This document shows positions 35,682 to 43,654 of a stretch of DNA of 64,000 bases, one piece after another. This DNA is from a virus. The translations under genes were made by a program, and so were the position numbers. The notes below the pieces were generated by a model, which saw nothing but the letters and a program-made list of their open reading frames with translations, was not told the DNA's origin and made no database searches. The stretch is from positions 3,285 through 67,284 of IMG/VR virus record IMGVR_UViG_3300008113_004357; one strand, written 5' to 3'. Positions within the stretch are counted from its first letter, which is position 1. Every line of letters begins with the position of its first letter.

Positions 35682-36508
35682 AGATTTTCCAATTTTTTAA
35701 TTATATCGTCAGTAAGAAATTCGTTTTCTACATAATGAAATAAGCCGTGTTGCTGAAAATTGCCAACTTTTAAATTTCCACTTTCACTAAAATAAGAAGA
35801 AATAGCCGAAGTCCATTTACTTGGAATATTTTTCCAACCCTGTATTGCCGGTTTCATATGTGTAAAACTTGGCACTAGTGTATCTTTAGTAGTAAATTCT
35901 TCCTCGCATCCCATAAATTTAAGGGCCAATGCTACACTGACATCCATACTACAAAATGTTTGAGGAGAATTTTTAAGATGTAGTGGATAAAATTTTCTCC
36001 ACTGGTCAATAATAATTTCTACCCATTTAAAAAATTCATAAGTTCTATCAACCTTTTTAAAATAAAAGGCACCACTATATGTGTTGACTAGATTATTAGC
36101 CGTGAATGTTTTTCTATAGTAATCATTGTTAATTACGTTTCCTCGATAGTCTAAAACATTCGAAGTAAAAAATAAATCTTTTTGTTCTAAATATTTCCAC
36201 CAATGATCGTTACTGTTTAATAACAACATATCAGTATCGTAGACAATGTTTTCAATAAACGGACTTACATGTATTACTTTCCATCTATTTTCAATTTTCC
36301 AAGATGACCCTTCTGCATCATCACCCCACGGAATTGGTAGTATATGATCAAATGCATGTCTATAAGATTCCGGTACTTCGTTATTAGTAATTAAACATGT
36401 TTCACGATATAACTTATTATTCTTTTTAATGCTTAATGCCAATGCGTAAGCTTGTCTTACATAATCAACATTAGAATTTTGTGCTACAAAAATATGACCA
36501 TTAGACAT
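35678..36508 (-). CDS. Nucleotide-diphospho-sugar transferase-like protein (GT8/GT-A-like)
   Basis: YALALSIK, SPF....YDTDML (DxD), YSGAFYFKK, HMK. Confidence 0.65.
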   Translation of the reverse strand: MSNGHIFVAQNSNVDYVRQAYALALSIKKNNKLYRETCLITNNEVPESYRHAFDHILPIPWGDDAEGSSWKIENRWKVIHVSPFIENIVYDTDMLLLNSNDHWWKYLEQKDLFFTSNVLDYRGNVINNDYYRKTFTANNLVNTYSGAFYFKKVDRTYEFFKWVEIIIDQWRKFYPLHLKNSPQTFCSMDVSVALALKFMGCEEEFTTKDTLVPSFTHMKPAIQGWKNIPSKWTSAISSYFSESGNLKVGNFQQHGLFHYVENEFLTDDIIKKLENL

Positions 36509-37337
36509 TGTTAATCTGCCTTAATAAACTATACTTGTTCATTACATGAACATCCACGGTTGATGTCTTTACTGGGGTAAAATCTGAAGCTTGATCTTGC
36601 TTTTGTACTAAAAATTTCATCACCGATTCTTTAATTTCAAAAAGAATATCAGAATCTCTTATATAAAAAAGTTTACCAGGTAAATGATGTGCAAACGTGC
36701 CTAGACTAAATCCATTAAGCATATGGATTGCAATACTAAATGCGTAATCATTTCTAAAATTAGTACTGTGTATTTGATACACTAACTTATAATAAGTCCA
36801 ATTTTCTTTAACATGTTTTACTAACGCAAACAACAATTCAGTATTTTTAGTTTTCTTAAAGAAAAATACCGTAGCCCAGTAAAATGGAATGCCGTGCTCA
36901 CCGACTGTGGTGAATTCAGACACATCTCGCCACTGTGCTAGGTCAAATCCTTTTTGGTAAATTAGGAAGTCGTGGGGCTGATCCCAGCAGTAGTTTAATG
37001 TTTTTGAGTTTACAATATAATCTGAATCAATTACTAGAGTATTTTCATATGGGGTAAGATCAAAAACACTATGTCGTGTGCTGTTTTTCCAAGGAAGCTT
37101 GACGCTTTTACTAGCACCGTCATAGAAATATTTTGAATTAGAGTGTTCTTCTTGCTCTAATTCTATAATTTTATCGAATACCGAAGTGTCTAACTTGTCA
37201 AAGATAGATTTATCATCTGTGATAACTGTTACTGGCACTTCTAGAAATTTTGCTACCTTTTTTGCCGCAAACCAGGCCAGTTGTGCATAATCAATTTCTT
37301 GATTATTATAGGCAAACAGCACTACTCCGTTAGTCAT
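36501..37337 (-). CDS. Nucleotide-diphospho-sugar transferase-like protein, paralog of the neighbour
   Basis: TPYENTLVIDSDY (DxD), WATVFFFKK, FRNDYAFSIA, HVMNK. Confidence 0.65.
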   Translation of the reverse strand: MTNGVVLFAYNNQEIDYAQLAWFAAKKVAKFLEVPVTVITDDKSIFDKLDTSVFDKIIELEQEEHSNSKYFYDGASKSVKLPWKNSTRHSVFDLTPYENTLVIDSDYIVNSKTLNYCWDQPHDFLIYQKGFDLAQWRDVSEFTTVGEHGIPFYWATVFFFKKTKNTELLFALVKHVKENWTYYKLVYQIHSTNFRNDYAFSIAIHMLNGFSLGTFAHHLPGKLFYIRDSDILFEIKESVMKFLVQKQDQASDFTPVKTSTVDVHVMNKYSLLRQINNV

Positions 37338-37681
37338 GCTACAAGAGTCTCCACTGATCTGCTATTCTTAAGTTGTGAATACTTGGTATAATACTCGTTA
37401 ATAGAACTTTGATAAATCACTATCAGTGTGTCTAAAAAGTTTTTAAGATTTTCAATGTTAATAGGAGTATGGTTGTCATCAACTAACACCATATCTTCAT
37501 CGTAACCTAGATCAATTAGTGTTTTAACAAAATTTATAAGGTCACGGGTTACAGTAAATGTTCCACCGTTTTGATAATGGATCAAATTTTGAAGAAATTC
37601 TTCTTTGAGTATGTGTTTTTGGTTTGACAACGTAGTCATATAATTGGCTACGTCAAAGGCTTTTTGGACGATTGGATCCAT
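37334..37681 (-). CDS. Hypothetical phage protein, first gene of the modification operon
   Basis: AGGAG SD; directly downstream of a sigma70 promoter. Confidence 0.75.
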   Translation of the reverse strand: MDPIVQKAFDVANYMTTLSNQKHILKEEFLQNLIHYQNGGTFTVTRDLINFVKTLIDLGYDEDMVLVDDNHTPINIENLKNFLDTLIVIYQSSINEYYTKYSQLKNSRSVETLVA

Positions 37682-37704
37682 GACAACTCCTAGATTTAAT
37701 AGTT

Positions 37705-37733
37705 ATTATACTATTTTATCTAAAAATTGTCAA
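37705..37733 (-). promoter_or_regulatory. Consensus sigma70 promoter heading the modification operon
   Basis: Minus strand TTGACA (37733-37728), 17-nt spacer, TATAAT (37710-37705). Confidence 0.88.
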
Positions 37734-38582
37734 GTAGTTATCTGTGAAAGTAACAGTAAATGCTAATGTGTTAGCAGTAGGTCTACTTACTGCAACCGTA
37801 TATCGATTTTCAGCATACTGTGTTACACTAGAAGATTGAGTAAGAATGTTCGTAGCACCTGCACCAGTTACAAGGGTTTGAAATCCTACAGCAGATCCTA
37901 CACTGCCGCCGGCATTTACTGAACCTGTAATGTTAGTGCTAGATGCTCTAAAATTAAGTGTACCAAAACCACTTAACATATTAGACCAATCTGTATCTTT
38001 TGTAGTTGCGGCTGCGCCTGTTCTTGAACCGGTAATTTGAATTGACCCACCGGCGTTGAAGAAACAGCGAATATGATCAGCTGCTGGTACTGTAAGGCTT
38101 CCCGAAGTGTATCCTGCAAACGTTAAAGTGATAGTATGAGAAATACTAGTTCCTAAACCAGTCGTACCCCAGTTTGATGACCTAGTTGTTGATGTCAATG
38201 ACACTCCTGGAGTAGTCTGAGCAGCGGCGACCGTTGCTCGATTGGCGTTTACTCCATTGTCTGCAAAGTCCTGATATTGGAATCGAATAGCTTCACTGAC
38301 CACTGTTGACGGTGTAACGTCAAATAGTGTCTGCCATGGGCTTCCGCTAGTAGTGCTGGCGGTAGAAACTGCGGTATTGGTTTGGTGTATTCTAGCCTTG
38401 GATAAGTCATCTCGCAATGCGTCCCATTGAGTAGAAGTCATTGTAGTACTTTGACTTACTGGACTACTAGCAATTGGTTGCCCGTAGCCAGTTGTTCCAG
38501 TGCCGATGCCCATCACTGACGCAATAACAGACTGAATGTTATTATAATCTTGAGCCGTTGCTCTTGTTCCTGATCCTGCCAT
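37716..38582 (-). CDS. Ser/Thr/Gly-rich virion structural protein, possibly C-terminally truncated
   Basis: DYN.IQS.IA.V.G.G.G..GYGQ, FFNAGG; the last codons run through the downstream promoter. Confidence 0.65.
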   Translation of the reverse strand: MAGSGTRATAQDYNNIQSVIASVMGIGTGTTGYGQPIASSPVSQSTTMTSTQWDALRDDLSKARIHQTNTAVSTASTTSGSPWQTLFDVTPSTVVSEAIRFQYQDFADNGVNANRATVAAAQTTPGVSLTSTTRSSNWGTTGLGTSISHTITLTFAGYTSGSLTVPAADHIRCFFNAGGSIQITGSRTGAAATTKDTDWSNMLSGFGTLNFRASSTNITGSVNAGGSVGSAVGFQTLVTGAGATNILTQSSSVTQYAENRYTVAVSRPTANTLAFTVTFTDNYLTIFR

Positions 38583-38592
38583 TTTATATTCC

Positions 38593-40377
38593 TTACAATA
38601 TTATTGCTTCGATTAGTTTTACATCTTCAGATTCGCTAGTTTCTAAAGCTATAGCAAAAGTATCTGGAAAATTACCTGCTAAAATAGCTGTGTTTCTCAA
38701 AACATTTCTAGCTGCGCCTGCGCATCCGTTTCCTGCTGCTACTAATTTATCACCTTTCTTTACGGTTCCGACAACTTTTACAGGAACACGGCCTTTAAGA
38801 GCAACATACGTACCGCCTTCTAACCCTGCATTCATCATATATGCAGGGTTTGCACTCACTGCACCAAATGCTCTATCACCAAATCTACATGCTGTAACTT
38901 CAGCATCGCCACCAACAGTTACTACTGTTCCTACTTCATACTCTTCATCAGCTAGATATTTTTCTGCAAGGTCAGCAAATAGCGCACTAGTAGCAGTACC
39001 TTGGAACAACACAGCATTAAGATTTCCTTCGCTGTCTCTACAGGGAACTGTAAAAGGTGTACCGTTACTAGCTGTGTCAATTGCTGTTGATCTATAGTTT
39101 GTACCAACTAACAATGTATTAGCTTGAGTTGCAGTCACAGCAGTTGTAGCTGAAGTTGCGTTACCTAAAAATGCAGCAGCACATAGTCTACCTGAAGAAT
39201 CTCTTACTGCAACTGTATTAACAGTCCCAACTCCTGCTGAGTCTACAGCGGCACTTCTATAGTTTGCTCCAACTTTTAATTCATCCGCTCTTGAAGTTGT
39301 TCCAACAAACTCATTAGCATAAACTTTGTTAAAAACTGCACCAGGTGCTCCAAGATTAGTATTTCCAGCAATATCAGGAACCAACGCAGGTGCTGTTAAC
39401 CCGTTGTACGGTGCAGATGATGCTTGCGAAGCTGTTATAAATCTAAATTTTGTAAGATTGCTTGGCTGTGTGTTATCTGCTAATCTTACGTCGATACCTT
39501 GGTTTAAAGTTTTTCTTTCAATAATAACGTCATTACTTAAAACTTTAACTTCTAAATCGTCATCATTACCAAGAGTATACCCTACATCTCCAAACTTAAC
39601 ATTAATATTTGGAGGTCCAATAAAAGAAGTTGTGCCTGTGCCTTTTTCAATAAAGTCATCAGCAGTTCTTGTTTGCCCAGCACTATTAATTAATCTTCTA
39701 GAAGCACTAGCAGTACCCCAGAAAGCAATAGTAGGAACAGGGCCGCCGGGGCTTACATCACCTGGTTGTAGGTTAGCTAGAGTAATACCTTTCTTAATTG
39801 CTGTAAAAGCTCCTGCATTTCCTACGTTTAAAATATCTTGACTAGCTGAATTAAGTGTGTATTCGTTAGAAGTTGAAATAGTGTAAGCAACTTTGCCGTC
39901 TACAAAAGCAGCAACCACAGGGTAAGGGTTGTTAGATGTATCAAATACCTTGATAGATTTTAGCTGAGTAGTACCTACTCCAGCAAGACCTTGCGGACCA
40001 ACAAGCACAAAACTAGTTCCGTTATATACATAAAGTTGATTGTTAGCTGTATCAAACCAAAAATCTCCAGAACTTAATCCTGTTGGTTCACTGCTACCTG
40101 CTTCCGAACCACCGCTAGTTTTCCATTTAGTAGTGCTTTGATCGTAAAATTTAATCTTTTTAGCTGAGCTATCGTACCAAATTTGTCCATTAATTGGACG
40201 CGGTGGCGCACTAGGGCCAGCAAAATTTTCTAGCATATGAACTAGATTTTCATTTTGCGCTTCTCCGTAGCCAGCATAGTTTTTTCCTATGAGTTTGATA
40301 TCTAACGTACTATCAATAGTACCATCTTCAACAACAGCTACAGTAGTTCCGTTATACTTATCTATGGTGTATGCCAT
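38593..40377 (-). CDS. Tail fibre protein with a C-terminal ADLAEKY (peptidase G2 / intramolecular-chaperone-like) domain
   Basis: Shared N-terminal module MAY.I.K...LIGKNYAGYGE..NEN..HMLENFA...GQIWYD; C-terminal ADLAEKY...VALKGRVPVKV.G.VKKGD. Confidence 0.75.
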   Translation of the reverse strand: MAYTIDKYNGTTVAVVEDGTIDSTLDIKLIGKNYAGYGEAQNENLVHMLENFAGPSAPPRPINGQIWYDSSAKKIKFYDQSTTKWKTSGGSEAGSSEPTGLSSGDFWFDTANNQLYVYNGTSFVLVGPQGLAGVGTTQLKSIKVFDTSNNPYPVVAAFVDGKVAYTISTSNEYTLNSASQDILNVGNAGAFTAIKKGITLANLQPGDVSPGGPVPTIAFWGTASASRRLINSAGQTRTADDFIEKGTGTTSFIGPPNINVKFGDVGYTLGNDDDLEVKVLSNDVIIERKTLNQGIDVRLADNTQPSNLTKFRFITASQASSAPYNGLTAPALVPDIAGNTNLGAPGAVFNKVYANEFVGTTSRADELKVGANYRSAAVDSAGVGTVNTVAVRDSSGRLCAAAFLGNATSATTAVTATQANTLLVGTNYRSTAIDTASNGTPFTVPCRDSEGNLNAVLFQGTATSALFADLAEKYLADEEYEVGTVVTVGGDAEVTACRFGDRAFGAVSANPAYMMNAGLEGGTYVALKGRVPVKVVGTVKKGDKLVAAGNGCAGAARNVLRNTAILAGNFPDTFAIALETSESEDVKLIEAIIL

Positions 40378-40399
40378 CTTTTAACCTCTTAATCTTATG

Positions 40400-40407
40400 T
40401 ATTTATA
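40400..40407 (-). promoter_or_regulatory. T4-type late promoter TATAAATA
   Basis: Exact TATAAATA on the minus strand in the gap before the tail-fibre gene; GAGG SD follows. Confidence 0.75.
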
Positions 40408-40417
40408 TCTTACTGCT

Positions 40418-43400
40418 TTAGTGCAGATCTACCCACGAGCCCGGAGCAACATAGGCTTGTATCTTATTAACATCACTATTGTAAATTAATTCCCCATAAT
40501 TTAAGAAATTAAGAACCCTAGCTCCTAGTTGTGCATTTGTATAAGTTGGTAATCTAAAACTAGAACCGTTAATGTTGCTAGTACTAGAGTTAGAAACAAC
40601 GATATCCCCAAACAAGTTAGTAGTTGGACGAAGTCCAAACGCTGCACCAGGAGTGACCTGCATTACATATTGCTCTTGTACACTAGTATTGTCAAATGCA
40701 CTTATTCGAAGACCGGATCCACCAGAACGAATAGTTATAGCATTAGTTCCAGAAATAAGGTTAAGTGTACTGGTTCCAGTTACATTAAGTGCTGGATTTG
40801 TGATGTTACCAGTTACGTTACCCGACACATTACCTGATAAATTACCGTTGATACCGCCTGATACTGTTAAACTTGTAAGTGTTCCTAAACTTGTAATATT
40901 AGGCTGTGCTGGTGTAAGCACATTACCTGTAAGGTTACCAGATACACTACCTGTTAATGATCCAGTTACTGCACCACTTAAATTACCTACAAACTGTGCT
41001 ACAGGTCCAACAGTACTAATTACTGTGCCACCTGTGTTTGTTGACAGCATGTTACCCCTTAAATTACCTATAACATCTACTAAAATTGTATTAGGCAAAG
41101 GTAACGTTTCAAGATATTTCCAACCAATTGATCCGCCTGTATAGATGAATCCTAGAGCAGTATCTTTTTCATTTAATATAACATCGTCGTCAGCACCTAG
41201 TAACATATCTAAAACTAGTTTGAATGATAGGTCGTTACCATCATACATAGTAAATGCCAACCCAGGTGCAAAACTATATGTACCGGCTACATCAAATCTA
41301 AATGCAGTGCCTGTGTCAACAAAATTTGTTGGGGTTAAAACTGTTGACTCTCCAGTAAATGTAACACCTATTGGACTTGGATGATCAATTAAGAAATTAG
41401 GATATGTAACTTTGTTAACTGTGATTCTTGTAATTCCAGGAGAAGGATTAGTTGAAGATACTAATACATAATCTTTAAATCCTCCGCTGACACCACCTAC
41501 TGGATCTATTAATGCTCCGTCTATGGTAATCGTGTCGTTTGTTCTATATGCATATCCGTGACTGTTAGGCGCAATGTTAATGTTAACTTCAGAATAAATT
41601 CCAGTTACGCTTATGTCTAAATTAATAGTAAGACCTGAACCAGAAATAGAATCAGTTGTTGTAGCTAAATTTAGTTTTGAGAATGGTGTTGTAACATTTG
41701 GAGATATGCCTTTAATTGTTCCTGGATCATAATCTCTATATCGTATTAAACGTAAATTATCTGTATCAAATGCTGAATCAGCATCAATAATTCTTATCGT
41801 ACTACCAATAGCTCTTAAAGAATCTTTTGGTAAGACAAAGTCTCTGCCGCCGGTGCTTCTTGTTCTAGCCAAAATTCTATCAGAAACATTTAAGTTATAA
41901 TCTGCTGATTGCTCGTCCCAAGGTCTGTTAAAATCGTCAACATACTTTTTAGTAACTAGCGTATCATCAGTGTCACCACCGATAGTGATAATTCCTGAGC
42001 CAACAATTTTAGAACCTAATAAGTCAACTTGCCCTGTACTTGGAAGAAGTTGCAGGTCTCCACGAGCATAAATTTTTTCATCTGTAATTGTAAGGTTGGC
42101 AGTATGGATAGTTTTAATACCAATAGTTCTTACATTGTTAATGTTGCCTTCTGTTGGTAGTGTTCCGCCTGTGGCAACTACTGATAAAGTTGACGATGTT
42201 TTTGCAGTAACAATATGATAGTTATTTGCACCAAGACTTCCTGCACCACTGTCAGCAGTAATATAAGACCCAACAACAAATTCAGCAGTTGAACTTAATC
42301 CTGTGATATTGTAGTTATAGATCTGAGAACCAGTGTCAACCAAGTCGGTGATAAATCCGCTACTTACAGGAGCTGAGGTAATACCAGTAATACCAAAACC
42401 GGCGGCTTTTGTAATACTGTTAGCGATTACACTTGCTGAAAGAACTGTTACATCATTAATTCTATATTCTTTACCAAACGCAACATTAAAATGTTCTGAA
42501 CTGTGCCAGGATTCTTCTGTATTATTGTAAATCAATTCAATGTTAGCTGATGTTACACCATCTCCGCCCTTTAATATAATACCGCCGTTGTCGGCCAGAG
42601 CGTTGTCATTATTACCGTCAGCTAAAATAATATTTTTATCTTTTACAACTAGATCATTAGTAGTGATAGTTGTTGTTGAACCTGTTATTGTAAGATTACC
42701 GTCAATGATAGCATTGCCGCCAACATGCAAGGTAGCGTTTGGAACTGTTTTAAATACACCCAAGTACTGCGAACTTGCATCGATAGAAATAGCATCATAT
42801 TGTGTTCCAGCATTAAGCGTGGTAATTTTAATATCTTGTCCGTTTCTATTGCTTTGTAATCTAAATGTAGCTGCATCTACTAAAATTGTATTCTCTTGGT
42901 TAACACCTAACTTTAACGGAGTAATGTTTTGAATTGACAATGTACCGAATACAGTATTATTTTGTGTAGCTAGCAACACATCCGCAGGTGTAATTAGAGT
43001 ACCGTTTGCAGCAACAAGAGCATCAGCACTAGATGCCCGTGTGTTAAATTTAAAAACATTTAACGGGTCATTAAACACGCCTTGGGTGAATCCTGTTTTA
43101 ATTATACCAGAAAAATCACCAATTTGACCAACTAATGTAAATTGTTCGTGTTTACTAAAAATGCCCATGACCTTACCAGCAGACCAAAGCACAGTTACAG
43201 TACGTTGGTTGCCTCGACTGTCGGAAACTGTTTCTACTGTGAAACCGCTTTTTCCTTGGCTATCTTTCCAAATCTTACCAGCAGGGAATTGACCTACGCC
43301 TGTGTAAAAATATAATTGGTTTTCAATATTGTCGATCCAAAAGTCGCCTTGACCGGGTGTAATTGGTGCTGTGTTACTTACGATTGGTCCGGCACCAATT

Positions 43401-43654
43401 CTAAATACTGTACCGTCATAGACTTTTAATCTATTATCACTAGTGTCATACCATACTTGCCCTACAATTGGATTATTTGGTTCAGTTGTTGAAGCAAAAT
43501 TTTCTAATAATCTTACAAAGTTTTCGTTAATGTATTCGCCATAACCGACTACGTTTTTGCCAATTAATGTTAAATCTGTGGCGCTGGTGTCTAGTCCGTT
43601 GTCAACTAATTCTGCTAGTAAGCTTCCGTCAGTTTTATTAATCTTGTACGCCAT
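40418..43654 (-). CDS. Tail fibre protein, 1078 aa
   Basis: Same N-terminal module (LIGKN..GYGE..NENFV.LLENFA...GQVWYD); G-N/S-L/V-T/S tetrapeptide repeats. Confidence 0.75.
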   Translation of the reverse strand: MAYKINKTDGSLLAELVDNGLDTSATDLTLIGKNVVGYGEYINENFVRLLENFASTTEPNNPIVGQVWYDTSDNRLKVYDGTVFRIGAGPIVSNTAPITPGQGDFWIDNIENQLYFYTGVGQFPAGKIWKDSQGKSGFTVETVSDSRGNQRTVTVLWSAGKVMGIFSKHEQFTLVGQIGDFSGIIKTGFTQGVFNDPLNVFKFNTRASSADALVAANGTLITPADVLLATQNNTVFGTLSIQNITPLKLGVNQENTILVDAATFRLQSNRNGQDIKITTLNAGTQYDAISIDASSQYLGVFKTVPNATLHVGGNAIIDGNLTITGSTTTITTNDLVVKDKNIILADGNNDNALADNGGIILKGGDGVTSANIELIYNNTEESWHSSEHFNVAFGKEYRINDVTVLSASVIANSITKAAGFGITGITSAPVSSGFITDLVDTGSQIYNYNITGLSSTAEFVVGSYITADSGAGSLGANNYHIVTAKTSSTLSVVATGGTLPTEGNINNVRTIGIKTIHTANLTITDEKIYARGDLQLLPSTGQVDLLGSKIVGSGIITIGGDTDDTLVTKKYVDDFNRPWDEQSADYNLNVSDRILARTRSTGGRDFVLPKDSLRAIGSTIRIIDADSAFDTDNLRLIRYRDYDPGTIKGISPNVTTPFSKLNLATTTDSISGSGLTINLDISVTGIYSEVNINIAPNSHGYAYRTNDTITIDGALIDPVGGVSGGFKDYVLVSSTNPSPGITRITVNKVTYPNFLIDHPSPIGVTFTGESTVLTPTNFVDTGTAFRFDVAGTYSFAPGLAFTMYDGNDLSFKLVLDMLLGADDDVILNEKDTALGFIYTGGSIGWKYLETLPLPNTILVDVIGNLRGNMLSTNTGGTVISTVGPVAQFVGNLSGAVTGSLTGSVSGNLTGNVLTPAQPNITSLGTLTSLTVSGGINGNLSGNVSGNVTGNITNPALNVTGTSTLNLISGTNAITIRSGGSGLRISAFDNTSVQEQYVMQVTPGAAFGLRPTTNLFGDIVVSNSSTSNINGSSFRLPTYTNAQLGARVLNFLNYGELIYNSDVNKIQAYVAPGSWVDLH

